This document shows positions 18,767 through 28,648 of a stretch of DNA of 44,123 nucleotides, piece by piece. The DNA is from an uncultured Ferrithrix sp. (GTDB taxonomy: Bacteria; Actinomycetota; Acidimicrobiia; Acidimicrobiales; Ilumatobacteraceae). The notes beneath the pieces are model-generated. The model saw nothing but the letters and a program-made list of their open reading frames with translations. It made no database searches and had not been told where the DNA came from. The stretch lies in the NCBI GenBank assembly GCA_964407365.1, contig CAYOVI010000002.1, positions 1 through 44,123 on the forward strand, read 5' to 3'. The first letter of the stretch is position 1, and each line of letters opens with the position of its first letter. A program made the translations under genes and the position numbers.

Positions 18767-20917
18767 TTAGTTCTTGAACAAAAACTCTTCTTCGTCGTGC
18801 GTCAAGAGAAGATCGATTTCATCGCGAATCTCGGAGTGATTATTTAGACCCGGGTCATTGGTGACCAATTCGATCGCGGCCGCCCTCGCCAACTCGATCA
18901 ATTCACGATCACTTCTTAGCGAGGCAAGTTTTAAGTCGCTTTTGCCTTTTTGGGCGGTGTTCATAATGGTGCCTTCGCCGCGCAATTCAAGGTCGACCTC
19001 TGCGAGATGAAAGCCATCGGTCGACTCAACCAAGGCATCGACTCGGGGCGAAGAAATGTCGGGATTGCCCGTCACAAGCCAACAGCGCGAGGCGATTGAA
19101 CCTCGACCCACACGACCGCGAAGTTGGTGCAGCTGTGCAATTCCGAATCGATCTGCATCTAGAACGACCATGCAGGTTGCGTTCGGCACGTCGACCCCAA
19201 CTTCGATGACTGTTGTCGCTATCAAGACATCTAACTTGCGATCGCGAAACTTGTTCATCGTTTCGTCTTTTTCGCTCGACGACATTCTTCCGTGCAGAAG
19301 CCCTAGTTTCAGACCCTTCAGCTCAGTTCTGGTCAGAAGTTTGAATGTGTCTTGGGCCGAGGCAACCTGCAACTTTTCACTTTCTTCGATCAATGGACAG
19401 ACAACGTATGCTTGCTGACCCTCGGCCAAAGCATCGCGAACTTGAGACCACATCTCGGCCTCTTTTTTTTCGCCGGCAACCCAGCTTGTCTTGATCGGCG
19501 TTCGGCCAGGTGGCATTTCGTCCAGAACGCTCACATCCAAATCGCCGTACACAGTCATGGCCGCGGTTCTGGGTATAGGCGTTGCTGTCATCACCAACAC
19601 ATCTGGGGCGCTGGCAACGCGATTTCTTTCTTTGGTCGAATATGAACCTTTGTTGCGCAATGCAGCCCGCTGTTCTACCCCAAAACGGTGCTGTTCGTCG
19701 ATGACGACAACACCAAGTGATGCAAATTCGACCTTTTCCTGAATGAGCGCGTGTGTGCCTATCAAAATATCGACTTCGCAGTTGGCCAAATCGCGCAACA
19801 AATTGCGGCGCTGCTCGCTTGTTATGCGGCTAGTCAATAATTCGACACGCAGGTGGCGGTCGCCAAAGAGATTATTTTCGTCTGGCACAAGCAAACCTTC
19901 CAGAAGCTTTTTGACGCTGGCAAAATGTTGCTCTGCCAAAACCTCGGTTGGTGCCATCAATGCCGCTTGGTGCTGGCCTTGCACCGCAGCCAACATCGCC
20001 GAGACGGCAACCACCGTCTTGCCACTGCCCACGTCGCCTTGCAACAAACGATGCATCGGCTTCGCAGAGGCCAAATCGCGATCAATCTCACCCATCACTC
20101 GCCGCTGAGCACTAGTTATGGCAAACGGCAGTGCGGCGATGAATCGCTGCTGCAGTTTGCCGTCTATTTTGTGGCGAATGCCGGTGTTGTCTCTTTCAAA
20201 AGCGATTTTCCGAGCCACCAAAACCACCTGCACACGCAATAGCTCATCGAAGGCAAGCCTGCGTCTTGCGTTTTGCTTGTCGACCAAAGATTCAGGAAAG
20301 TGAATAGACCAAATTGCGCTCGCGCGATCTGGCAATTCAAGTCGTTGTAGCATCTCTTTTGGCAACGGGTCAGAAATTCCGCGCTCTCGACATCTCTCGA
20401 GTGCGCTCTCCACCCAAGTTGCAAGCTCCCAGGTCGAGACTTGAACTTTGTCGCTTTGCGGGTAGATCGGCACAATTCTGCCCGTTCTGTCACCGATCAG
20501 ATCCACGAGCGGATTGCTCATTTGCAGAACTCCGCGATATAGATCGGGTTTACCATACATCGCAACTTGCAGACCAACTTTGAGTTGTCGATCACGCCAA
20601 GGTTGATTGAAAAATACCGCCGTCAGCCGACCTGATTCGTCACCCACCTGCACATTGACAATTGTTTTGCGGGTCTTGGTCATGAACTTCGAAACCTTGA
20701 GAACATTGACAAGAACGAGCGCCTCTTGTCCTGCCACTAGGTCGCTCACCCTGGCTTCATTGGTGCGGTCGACCCACTTTCGCGGATAGTTCATCAACAA
20801 CTCGAGCACATTGTCTATGCCATATTCACCAAGGGCCGACTTTCGTTTTTGGCCGACACCCTTCAAAACCTCGACATCAATTGCGGCAAGATCGCGCAAC
20901 GTGATTTGGCCCGTCAT
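18767..20917 (-). CDS. recG: ATP-dependent DNA helicase RecG
   Basis: 716 aa with a wedge/OB N-terminus, GDVGSGKT (motif I), DEQHRFG (motif II) and QLRGRVGRG (motif VI). Confidence 0.95.
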   Translation of the reverse strand: MTGQITLRDLAAIDVEVLKGVGQKRKSALGEYGIDNVLELLMNYPRKWVDRTNEARVSDLVAGQEALVLVNVLKVSKFMTKTRKTIVNVQVGDESGRLTAVFFNQPWRDRQLKVGLQVAMYGKPDLYRGVLQMSNPLVDLIGDRTGRIVPIYPQSDKVQVSTWELATWVESALERCRERGISDPLPKEMLQRLELPDRASAIWSIHFPESLVDKQNARRRLAFDELLRVQVVLVARKIAFERDNTGIRHKIDGKLQQRFIAALPFAITSAQRRVMGEIDRDLASAKPMHRLLQGDVGSGKTVVAVSAMLAAVQGQHQAALMAPTEVLAEQHFASVKKLLEGLLVPDENNLFGDRHLRVELLTSRITSEQRRNLLRDLANCEVDILIGTHALIQEKVEFASLGVVVIDEQHRFGVEQRAALRNKGSYSTKERNRVASAPDVLVMTATPIPRTAAMTVYGDLDVSVLDEMPPGRTPIKTSWVAGEKKEAEMWSQVRDALAEGQQAYVVCPLIEESEKLQVASAQDTFKLLTRTELKGLKLGLLHGRMSSSEKDETMNKFRDRKLDVLIATTVIEVGVDVPNATCMVVLDADRFGIAQLHQLRGRVGRGSIASRCWLVTGNPDISSPRVDALVESTDGFHLAEVDLELRGEGTIMNTAQKGKSDLKLASLRSDRELIELARAAAIELVTNDPGLNNHSEIRDEIDLLLTHDEEEFLFKN

Positions 20918-20929
20918 GCGGGTGAAGAA

Positions 20930-22630
20930 CTATTCGACACCAAATAGATATGGATACAAAGGCTGGCCACCAAAGTGCACCTCACAAGAAACCTGCGGAT
21001 GCACCTTGGCAACGTGAGCGACAAGCGCTTCAACATTCGGTGTCTTGGCGTCACTTCCCGTGATGATCGTCAACAATTCGCGCTCGGACGTGATCAGTTT
21101 TGCCAACAATTCATGGCAAGCCGTTTCAAGACTGTCGGCAACGGCTACTACCCCGTCGCCGCGCACGAGGCCAATAAAGTCGCCTTTTTTGATCGGGCCT
21201 GCATCACTATTCGTGTCACGAATCGCCTGAGTCACCTCACCCGTTGCCACCGAACTCGCCGCACGCGACATCTGCGAGCCATTGTGTTCAGCCGAAGCTT
21301 CGGGGTCATATGCAACGAGTGCCGCTAGAGCCTCGGGCATCGAACAAGTCGGCACAACACGCACATCTTTGGTCGTCAACTCGTCGATCTTGTTCGCAAC
21401 AGGAATGATGTTTTTGTTGTTCGGCAAAATCACGACCTGGGTCGCGTTCATGTGCTCGACAGCATCTAGCAACTCTTGGGTCGACGGGTTCATAGTTTGA
21501 CCACCCGTCACCACGCCGTGCACACCCATCTGGCCGAATAGTTCTGCCAAACCGTCACCGCTGGCCACGGCCACGACGGCACAAGTCACCGGCGGCAAAA
21601 CAGATTGAGCAAACCCATGTCGTTGGCCATGGTTGGCAACGTTCGATGTTGGTGCCCCAAGACTGGCCTCGCGCAATGCGTGTTCTTCGGCGACTTCTTC
21701 GAAAAGGTCAGTGACACGAATTTTGGCTGGTCGACCACCAATTGCGATTGGCGCCTCGATTGCTGCGCCAATGTCATTGGTGTGAATGTGACAGTTGTAT
21801 ATGCCGTCTCCGCCGACCACGACTATCGAATCGCCGATTTCTCCCCACGCATTTTTGAATTTGTTTAATTTCGTGTCTTCAAGATCGAGCAAAAACATAA
21901 CCTCATATCGCAACTCACTCACATCGACACCACCGTCAGTGGCATGGCGCAATGCGACTTTTTCGAGCTGTTCTGCAGAAGGGCCGTCATCATATTTCGG
22001 CTCAGGCAGTGGCTCACCTTCGACGATGTGCAAAGCCGAGTCGACTAGCAACATGAAACCCGCGCCACCGGCATCGACAACACCGGCATCTTTTAGAACC
22101 GGCAACTGCTCTGGGGTGTTGTCGAGCGCCTTTTGTCCGGCCGCGCGAGCCACACGCAACATCGCCGCCAGAGTTGCACCGTCGTTGGCTGCACGCTGGG
22201 CCGCCTCTGCAGTTTCACGCACGACGGTCAAAATCGTGCCCTCAATTGGCTTGAGCACCGCCTCATAAGCCGCAGCCGACGCCGCTTTCAAGGCCTCGGC
22301 AACGCGAGGTGCGCCAGAACTCTTGGCCGTTTTCAAAGTCGAAGAAAAGCCCCGCAGAATTTGGCTCAAGATCACGCCACTGTTGCCACGCGCACCCATC
22401 AAAGAGCCATGACTTATTGCTTCGCAAGTCGTGTCAAGTTCAGGCGATGCAACTTCTAGTTCGGCGACAACCGCATCAAGAGTTCGCGACATGTTTGTGC
22501 CCGTGTCGCCGTCAGGCACCGGGTAGACGTTCAATCGATTGATGCCGCCAGCGTGACGTTTCATCGTGTCGCGAAAGGTAATCACGGTGTGACGCAGGGC
22601 ATCAGCCCCAAATTCTTCAAGAACTGCCAC
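20930..22630 (-). CDS. DAK2 domain fusion protein (YloV-like)
   Basis: Has an N-terminal Dak2 motif YPVPDGDTGTNM and a C-terminal DegV/Dak1_2-like half. Sits in the conserved position upstream of recG. GTG start. Confidence 0.9.
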   Translation of the reverse strand: MAVLEEFGADALRHTVITFRDTMKRHAGGINRLNVYPVPDGDTGTNMSRTLDAVVAELEVASPELDTTCEAISHGSLMGARGNSGVILSQILRGFSSTLKTAKSSGAPRVAEALKAASAAAYEAVLKPIEGTILTVVRETAEAAQRAANDGATLAAMLRVARAAGQKALDNTPEQLPVLKDAGVVDAGGAGFMLLVDSALHIVEGEPLPEPKYDDGPSAEQLEKVALRHATDGGVDVSELRYEVMFLLDLEDTKLNKFKNAWGEIGDSIVVVGGDGIYNCHIHTNDIGAAIEAPIAIGGRPAKIRVTDLFEEVAEEHALREASLGAPTSNVANHGQRHGFAQSVLPPVTCAVVAVASGDGLAELFGQMGVHGVVTGGQTMNPSTQELLDAVEHMNATQVVILPNNKNIIPVANKIDELTTKDVRVVPTCSMPEALAALVAYDPEASAEHNGSQMSRAASSVATGEVTQAIRDTNSDAGPIKKGDFIGLVRGDGVVAVADSLETACHELLAKLITSERELLTIITGSDAKTPNVEALVAHVAKVHPQVSCEVHFGGQPLYPYLFGVE

Positions 22631-22718
22631 ACGGCAAGGCTACTAAGCCACCGGCCAGTGCAACCTAGAAGCACCAACAACTAGCAAATATCCCCGGTCG
22701 GCAAGTATCTTTCTAGGT

Positions 22719-22940
22719 GTGCAAGGCGTGATCAAAGCGTTCGACCCGTCATCAGGCGATGGCATCGTCATCAGCGACACAGATTTAAGCGAATACAACA
22801 TCGCAGCCGACGCCCTCGAGGGTTCTATATTTCGCATGTTGCGCCAGGGACAAAGAGTCTTGTTTTCACTCAACTCGGCAGGCCATGCCACGAAAATTCG
22901 CTTCGGTTCTGAACGCGACATGGATACCCCTGGCGCCTAA
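22719..22940 (+). CDS. Small cold-shock-domain-like hypothetical protein
   Basis: 73 aa with a GTG start. MQGVIKAFDPSSGDGIV can be aligned by eye to the CSD N-terminus (MxxGxVKWFNxxKGFGFI), but the aromatic RNP residues are absent. Confidence 0.5.
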   Translation: MQGVIKAFDPSSGDGIVISDTDLSEYNIAADALEGSIFRMLRQGQRVLFSLNSAGHATKIRFGSERDMDTPGA

Positions 22941-22952
22941 AGCCAAAACTGC

Positions 22953-24743
22953 ATGGCTGCCAAATCTTCAAACTCAAGGTTGAATTCTTGGGTTGCGCAG
23001 TGGGCGCAAATTCTGCAACCTAAAGATATTTATTGGTGCGATGGTTCGCAGCCCGAATATGACAGGCTTTGCAGCGAACTGGTCAAATCGGGCACGTTCA
23101 CCAAGCTCGACGATGCCAAGCGACCAAATTCTTTTTGGGCACACTCTGATCCGGGCGATGTTGCCCGCGTCGAAGATCGAACTTTTATTTGTTCGGCCAA
23201 CAAAATTGATGCGGGACCTAACAATAATTGGCGCGAACCTAACGAGATGCGCACGGAGATGAACGCGCTGTACACGGGTGCAATGCGCGGTCGCACTATG
23301 TATGTCGTTCCGTTTTCGATGGGCCCACTTGGCTCACCGATCGCTCACATCGGTGTTCAACTCACCGACAGTGCTTATGTCGCCGTCAGCATGAGAATCA
23401 TGACGAGAATGGGTCAAGGTGCACTCGATGCACTCGGCGACAACGATTGGGTGCAGTGTCTGCATTCGGTTGGTGCACCGCTCGTAAATGGCGCAAAAGA
23501 TTCGCCGTGGCCGTGCAATCCCGACAACAAATACATTGTTCACTTCCCTGAAACTCGCGAGATCATGAGTTATGGCTCTGGCTACGGCGGCAACGCTCTG
23601 CTCGGCAAAAAATGTTTCGCATTGCGCATTGCCTCGGTGATGGCTCGAGACGACGGCTGGTTGGCCGAGCACATGTTGATCTTGAAACTCACAAACCCGA
23701 GTGGTGAATTCAAATACATCGCTGCCGCGTTTCCATCTGCTTGTGGCAAGACCAACTTGGCAATGCTCGTTCCGACCATAAAAGGCTGGAAAGCTGAAAC
23801 AATTGGCGACGACATTTGTTGGATGAAATTCGGCAAAGACGGCCAGCTCTACGCGATCAACCCCGAGGCCGGGTTTTTCGGCGTGGCTCCGGGCACTGGT
23901 TACGAGACCAACTCGAATGCGATGTATACGTTGACGGCGAACTGCATCTTTACAAACACGGCACTCACGTCAGATGGCGACGTCTGGTGGGAGGGCATGT
24001 CGCAATCAAAACCTGCTCGTGCAATCGACTGGCGCAACAACTCGTGGACACCAGAAAGCGAATCCCCGGCAGCCCACCCGAATGCGAGGTTCACCGCACC
24101 AGCAAGCCAATGTCCGAGCATCGCCCCCGAATGGCAAGACCCGAGTGGCGTGCCGATCTCGGCAATTTTGTTTGGCGGTCGCCGACGCACAACCGTGCCG
24201 CTTGTGACGCAGGCTTTCGACTGGGACCACGGCGTTTTTCTCGGCTCGATAATGGCCAGCGAAACCACTGCGGCTGCAGGTGGCGCCGTCGGCAAACTTC
24301 GCTTCGACCCGATGGCGATGTTGCCATTTTGTGGCTACAACATGGCTGATTACTTCTCTCACTGGTTGTCGGTCGGTAAAAAAACTTCGGCTGCGAAACT
24401 TCCGCAAATATTTTTTGTCAATTGGTTTAGGCGCGACCAAGACGGCCGCTTTTTGTGGCCCGGCTATGGTGAAAACAGCCGAGTATTGAAGTGGGTTTTC
24501 GAACGTCTCGAAGGCAAAGCTGGTGCGCAAAAAACTGCGATCGGCTTTTTGCCATCGACAGATTCTCTCGACACCGATGGTCTAAGCATCAACGCTGCCG
24601 ATCTTGAAGCGATCACGTCACTTGACATTGATGGGTGGCGCGAGGCCGTGCCCCAAATTCGCGAGCACTATGCAGTTTTCGGCGAACGCCTGCCAACAAA
24701 ACTGCACGACTCACTGAACTCACTTGAGTCAGCCCTGGCCTGA
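22953..24743 (+). CDS. pckG: Phosphoenolpyruvate carboxykinase (GTP)
   Basis: 596 aa with the kinase-1a P-loop [13 protein letters not shown] and the overall GTP-type PEPCK pattern ([18 protein letters not shown]). Confidence 0.95.
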   Translation: MAAKSSNSRLNSWVAQWAQILQPKDIYWCDGSQPEYDRLCSELVKSGTFTKLDDAKRPNSFWAHSDPGDVARVEDRTFICSANKIDAGPNNNWREPNEMRTEMNALYTGAMRGRTMYVVPFSMGPLGSPIAHIGVQLTDSAYVAVSMRIMTRMGQGALDALGDNDWVQCLHSVGAPLVNGAKDSPWPCNPDNKYIVHFPETREIMSYGSGYGGNALLGKKCFALRIASVMARDDGWLAEHMLILKLTNPSGEFKYIAAAFPSACGKTNLAMLVPTIKGWKAETIGDDICWMKFGKDGQLYAINPEAGFFGVAPGTGYETNSNAMYTLTANCIFTNTALTSDGDVWWEGMSQSKPARAIDWRNNSWTPESESPAAHPNARFTAPASQCPSIAPEWQDPSGVPISAILFGGRRRTTVPLVTQAFDWDHGVFLGSIMASETTAAAGGAVGKLRFDPMAMLPFCGYNMADYFSHWLSVGKKTSAAKLPQIFFVNWFRRDQDGRFLWPGYGENSRVLKWVFERLEGKAGAQKTAIGFLPSTDSLDTDGLSINAADLEAITSLDIDGWREAVPQIREHYAVFGERLPTKLHDSLNSLESALA

Positions 24744-24760
24744 ATTTTTGGCTTAAATTT

Positions 24761-25147
24761 TTAGCCGGCTTGGCCCACCAGCATCGCTCGAATACCCAAG
24801 CCCATAATGAATAAGCCGCCAAACCCATAGAGCAAATACATCTTGCTTTTCAACTGAGCGCGATACGAATAGATGATCGCAATTGCGATTATCGCCACAA
24901 AACCATAGAAAGCATGAAAGGCCGGATATTCGATTTTGTCGCGGTTGACGACAGCCACACCAAGCACGACCTGCACGAATACCGCCACTTGTGCAACACC
25001 AGTGAACCACCACAGCGCGCGACTTCTAAGCGAAATATTTTTGTGCGCCACCAAAGCCCACAAGCCAGCAAGTCCGTTTCCCACGATCATGATCCACGAC
25101 CACGAAGTGTGAACTTCGAGCAAAGTCGCACCTAGCAAACTATTCAT
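24761..25147 (-). CDS. Hypothetical 4-TM membrane protein
   Basis: 128 aa with four clear hydrophobic helices. It is the last gene of the tightly packed minus-strand operon 28592 to 24761. Confidence 0.6.
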   Translation of the reverse strand: MNSLLGATLLEVHTSWSWIMIVGNGLAGLWALVAHKNISLRSRALWWFTGVAQVAVFVQVVLGVAVVNRDKIEYPAFHAFYGFVAIIAIAIIYSYRAQLKSKMYLLYGFGGLFIMGLGIRAMLVGQAG

Positions 25148-25158
25148 TTGCCCCTAAT

Positions 25159-25764
25159 CTAACGGATCAGCGTGTTGGCTTCGTGGCCAGATTGTGCGAT
25201 ACGCAAGTTGCCAGCCAAATCACGCTCGAGCAACGTGATGCTGCAGTTGTCAAGACTGCGAATCACTAGCCGATCATCACCGGTCAATGCGCCAATCACG
25301 GCATTGATCGCCACGAAATGCGAAAACACCACCGAGTTATTATCAAGTTTCTTCACAAACTCAACCACTGAATCGCGAAATGCAACATAGCGATCACCCA
25401 AATCGACCCAAGTGCCTTGCATTGCCTCTCGTAACCAGTCGACTCGTTGGTGCATCTCAAAGCCAACCGGAGACGGAATTTCTGTTACCTGCTCGCAAAC
25501 ACGAACGCTCAAATTTCGCAATTTTGCAAATGCCTCAGCAGTCTGTCGGCATCTAAGCAACGGGCTCGAAACTATGTCGACGCTTTTTTCTGAAAAAATC
25601 AGATTGAGTTTGTTCGCAACCTCTCTGGCCTGTTTTGTTCCGATCTCATCAAGGTCTGGGTCGATTGCCGTGTCCCAGCCCGCCGATGCGCGGCCGTGCC
25701 GAACGAGGGCGATCTGCAAGTTAATCGAAAAGCCAGCGCTCACGCGCTGGCCCATTTTCGCCAA
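25159..25764 (-). CDS. Histidine phosphatase family protein (phosphoglycerate-mutase-like)
   Basis: Contains the LVRHGRA (RHG) catalytic motif, SSPLLRCRQTA and FSHF. The ATG at 25764 overlaps the PIG-L gene by 44 nt. An alternative TTG at 25719, 1 nt after the PIG-L stop, gives MQIALVRHG. Confidence 0.8.
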   Translation of the reverse strand: MAKMGQRVSAGFSINLQIALVRHGRASAGWDTAIDPDLDEIGTKQAREVANKLNLIFSEKSVDIVSSPLLRCRQTAEAFAKLRNLSVRVCEQVTEIPSPVGFEMHQRVDWLREAMQGTWVDLGDRYVAFRDSVVEFVKKLDNNSVVFSHFVAINAVIGALTGDDRLVIRSLDNCSITLLERDLAGNLRIAQSGHEANTLIR

Positions 25765-26527
25765 CTTTTACAAACCATTCGGTGCCAAACACCTGAGCGA
25801 AAACTTCGTCGGTCATGTTTAGCCGAAACGATGTGTCGCTCGTCTGGCTTGCATGGCAGCCGATTGCATCACGCTTTTGGGCACAATATTTTTTGACATC
25901 CACGGTGTGCGTGATCACGCTGTCGGGCTCACCTATCGGGTTACCGTCGTCGGCCGGCGCATCGGGGTCGAAATCGCCCATACTCTCGGCGCCTTGCATT
26001 TGCGGATTTGCCAAAACTGCATTGCGCAAGTTGCGAAAAAAATCGCGATTCATCGTCATCTGAAAAATATTTTGTGTGCCGGCAAGTTTCGCCGCACGCA
26101 TGCCAACTTTATGCACGGCGATGTGGTCGGGGTGCCCATAATTGCCATGCCAGTCATAGATCGTCACCGCATCGGCTTTTTCTTCTGACAAAATTGCCGC
26201 CAACTTTTTTGCCGCTTCTTCGATGTCAGCGTTGATAAATGCCTGTGGGTCTGAGTTCTGCGGCCAGCCAGTCATCCCCGAATCTTTATACCCGAGCATT
26301 TCAAGCCGCGCGATGCCCAAAACTTTTGCCGAGGCTGTTAGTTCAGCAAATCTCCGGTCGACAAGCGTCTCGCCAGGTTTCAAATCATCAGGCACCTCTC
26401 CGTAGGCGCCATCTGTGGCGACAACCAAAACAACCCGATGACCCTCAGCAGCTGCGCGGGCAATCGTGCCCCCAGAGCCGAGACACTCATCGTCTGGGTG
26501 CGCATGAAAACAGACCAGGGTCGCCAT
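25721..26527 (-). CDS. PIG-L/LmbE family N-acetylglucosaminyl deacetylase (MshB/Mca-like)
   Basis: Contains FHAHPDDE, NYGHPDH and CHASQ motifs of the LmbE/PIG-L zinc deacetylases. The ATG at 26527 lies 4 nt after the stop of the upstream gene; the ORF-track start at 26560 overlaps that gene. Confidence 0.85.
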   Translation of the reverse strand: MATLVCFHAHPDDECLGSGGTIARAAAEGHRVVLVVATDGAYGEVPDDLKPGETLVDRRFAELTASAKVLGIARLEMLGYKDSGMTGWPQNSDPQAFINADIEEAAKKLAAILSEEKADAVTIYDWHGNYGHPDHIAVHKVGMRAAKLAGTQNIFQMTMNRDFFRNLRNAVLANPQMQGAESMGDFDPDAPADDGNPIGEPDSVITHTVDVKKYCAQKRDAIGCHASQTSDTSFRLNMTDEVFAQVFGTEWFVKVGENGPARERWLFD

Positions 26528-26531
26528 GAGA

Positions 26532-27707
26532 CTATTTCGAGCCCGGGCTCTGCTTGACAACGCCGCGCGCGATTAGGTCATCAACGTTTTTGATTCCCCA
26601 TGATTGCAATACTTCTCGAGTATTGGCACCAGCGGCTTGCGGCGCGTCGGGCAAAGCAGAGTTCGTGCGCGAAAATCTCGGGGCAGGCGCAGGCTGTGTA
26701 ACTCCGTCGATTTCAATGAAAGTTTTGCGCGCCACATTGTGCGGGTGCTTTGCCGCATCACTCATCGTCAAAACGGGTGCAAAACAAACATCAGTGCCTT
26801 CCATAATTTTGCACCATTCATCTGATGTCTTGGTTGCAAAAACCTCAGCCAAGCGCTCTTTTAAAAGTGGCCACTTTGATCGGTCGTTTTGGTTTGCGAA
26901 TTCGGCATCATCTGCAAGACCAGTTAATTGCAGCATCTGTGCATAGAACTGTGGCTCGATTGAGCCAATTGAAATGTATTTGCCATCGCGACACATATAT
27001 ACGTCGTAATAATGTGCCCCGGTATCGAGCATGTTTGCACCGCGTGAATTTTCGTCGTGCATGCCTATCTTCTTGAAGCCCCAAAACATTGCCATCAATA
27101 TCGCCGAACCATCAACCATCGCCGCATCCACCACTTGACCCATACCGCTGCGCTGTGCTTCGAGCAACGCACACACAACACCGTATGCCAGCAACATTCC
27201 CCCACCACCAAAGTCACCGACCATGTTTAGAGGTGGCACCGGTGCCTGACCCGCTCGGCCGAAATGAGCCAGCGCGCCGGCCAAAGAAATGTAGTTAATA
27301 TCGTGCCCCGCCGAGTTTGCATATGGTCCATCTTGACCCCAGCCGGTCATTCGGCCAAAAATCAGTTTTTGATTTCGAGCCAAACACACATCGGGCCCAA
27401 CACCGAGGCGCTCCATAACACCAGGTCTGAAGCCTTCTATCAACGCATCAGCACGCTCAACGAGTTGCAACAAAGTTTCTGCGCCGTCAGGGTGCTTTAA
27501 ATCAAGCGCGATGTTTTTTCGCCCGCGCTGCATCACGTCCCAATTTGCACCTGAGACTTGCGATTCGCGCACTGACTGCAGTCGCTCAACTCGCACGACC
27601 TCGGCACCCATGTCGCTGAGCATCATTGCCGCAAACGGGCCAGGGCCAATTCCGGCAATTTCAATGATCTTGAAGCCCGACAAAGGGCCGCGAGACGCGA
27701 CTGTCAC
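26532..27707 (-). CDS. Family III CoA-transferase (CaiB/BaiF), alpha-methylacyl-CoA racemase-like
   Basis: The N-terminus [36 protein letters not shown] closely resembles Mcr/Amacr-type proteins. GTG start. Confidence 0.88.
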   Translation of the reverse strand: MTVASRGPLSGFKIIEIAGIGPGPFAAMMLSDMGAEVVRVERLQSVRESQVSGANWDVMQRGRKNIALDLKHPDGAETLLQLVERADALIEGFRPGVMERLGVGPDVCLARNQKLIFGRMTGWGQDGPYANSAGHDINYISLAGALAHFGRAGQAPVPPLNMVGDFGGGGMLLAYGVVCALLEAQRSGMGQVVDAAMVDGSAILMAMFWGFKKIGMHDENSRGANMLDTGAHYYDVYMCRDGKYISIGSIEPQFYAQMLQLTGLADDAEFANQNDRSKWPLLKERLAEVFATKTSDEWCKIMEGTDVCFAPVLTMSDAAKHPHNVARKTFIEIDGVTQPAPAPRFSRTNSALPDAPQAAGANTREVLQSWGIKNVDDLIARGVVKQSPGSK

Positions 27708-27713
27708 AAATGA

Positions 27714-28592
27714 CTAATTCTTCGAAACAAAACCAGCAACCAAATTTACAAACTCGGGCCAAAGCGGTTGAGGCAAGTCATGACCCATGTCGTCGATCAA
27801 AACAAACTTCGCATTAGGAATCAACTCTGCAGTGCGCTCGCCACCCGTTGGGGTGATCAAGGTGTCGTCTTTGCCATGAATCACAAGTGTCGGGGTTTTC
27901 ACCGCACGCAATTTTTCGGTGCGTCGACCAGATGCATAAATCGCAGCTAACTGCCTGGGTGCTCCTTGCGGATAAAAACTGCGATCAAAATCTCGGGCCG
28001 CGGCGCGTTTAGAGTTTTCATCGCTGCGATATTTCATCGAGTGAAATGCCTGATATATGGGTGAGTGTGCAATGTATCCCTCGCGATCTGAGGGCGGCAC
28101 CGACAACAATGCAGTCATTGCCTCTGGCGCCGACTGACCATATTCGGGTTCACCCGACATTGACATCACCGAGGTCAAGGTGCGCACCCGAGTCGGATGC
28201 TCGATTGTCATGACTTGGGCGATCATGCCACCCATTGACGCACCCAAGACATGGGCTCGCTCAATTTTCAAAAAGTCGAGCAACCCGACTGCATCACTAG
28301 CCATGTCTGAAAGTGTGTATGGCACCGTTGGCATCGGTTCTTCCATCAAGGCGGCAGTAATCACGGCGTTCACGTCGACTTGTGCGCCGTCAAACTTTGT
28401 CGACAGGCCGCAGTCGCGATTATCGAAGCGAATCACGAATAAATTCTTGTCCGCAAACATTTTGCAGAAATCTTCTTCCCATGCCACCATCTGGGCGGTG
28501 TATCCCATGACCAACAGAAGTGCCGGATTTTTTGGGTCACCAAACGTGTCATATTCAAGTTCGATTGATGGCGAAATTTTTGCACGTGGCAT
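27714..28592 (-). CDS. Alpha/beta hydrolase
   Basis: 292 aa with the nucleophile elbow GASMGGMIA and a C-terminal His region DDMGHDLP. Confidence 0.85.
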   Translation of the reverse strand: MPRAKISPSIELEYDTFGDPKNPALLLVMGYTAQMVAWEEDFCKMFADKNLFVIRFDNRDCGLSTKFDGAQVDVNAVITAALMEEPMPTVPYTLSDMASDAVGLLDFLKIERAHVLGASMGGMIAQVMTIEHPTRVRTLTSVMSMSGEPEYGQSAPEAMTALLSVPPSDREGYIAHSPIYQAFHSMKYRSDENSKRAAARDFDRSFYPQGAPRQLAAIYASGRRTEKLRAVKTPTLVIHGKDDTLITPTGGERTAELIPNAKFVLIDDMGHDLPQPLWPEFVNLVAGFVSKN

Positions 28593-28631
28593 GTCGACGG
28601 TCTCTTTCTTAATCGTTGACTATTCAATCTA

Positions 28632-28637
28632 TATAGT
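28632..28637 (+). promoter_or_regulatory. Possible -10 hexamer (TATAGT) for galK in the 56-nt divergent intergenic region
   Basis: TATAGT lies 12 nt upstream of the galK ATG. No well-spaced -35 element: TTGACT at 28616-28621 is only 10 nt away. This is sequence resemblance only. Confidence 0.2.
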
Positions 28638-28648
28638 GACTAAAGGCT

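Noticed and set aside
24744-24766. Weak inverted repeats at convergent junctions (24750-24766, about 29645-29659, about 32229-32253) considered as bidirectional intrinsic terminators.
   Set aside because: The stems are only 4-6 bp, AT-rich or mismatched, and lack flanking U-tracts. This is too weak to call terminators without computation.
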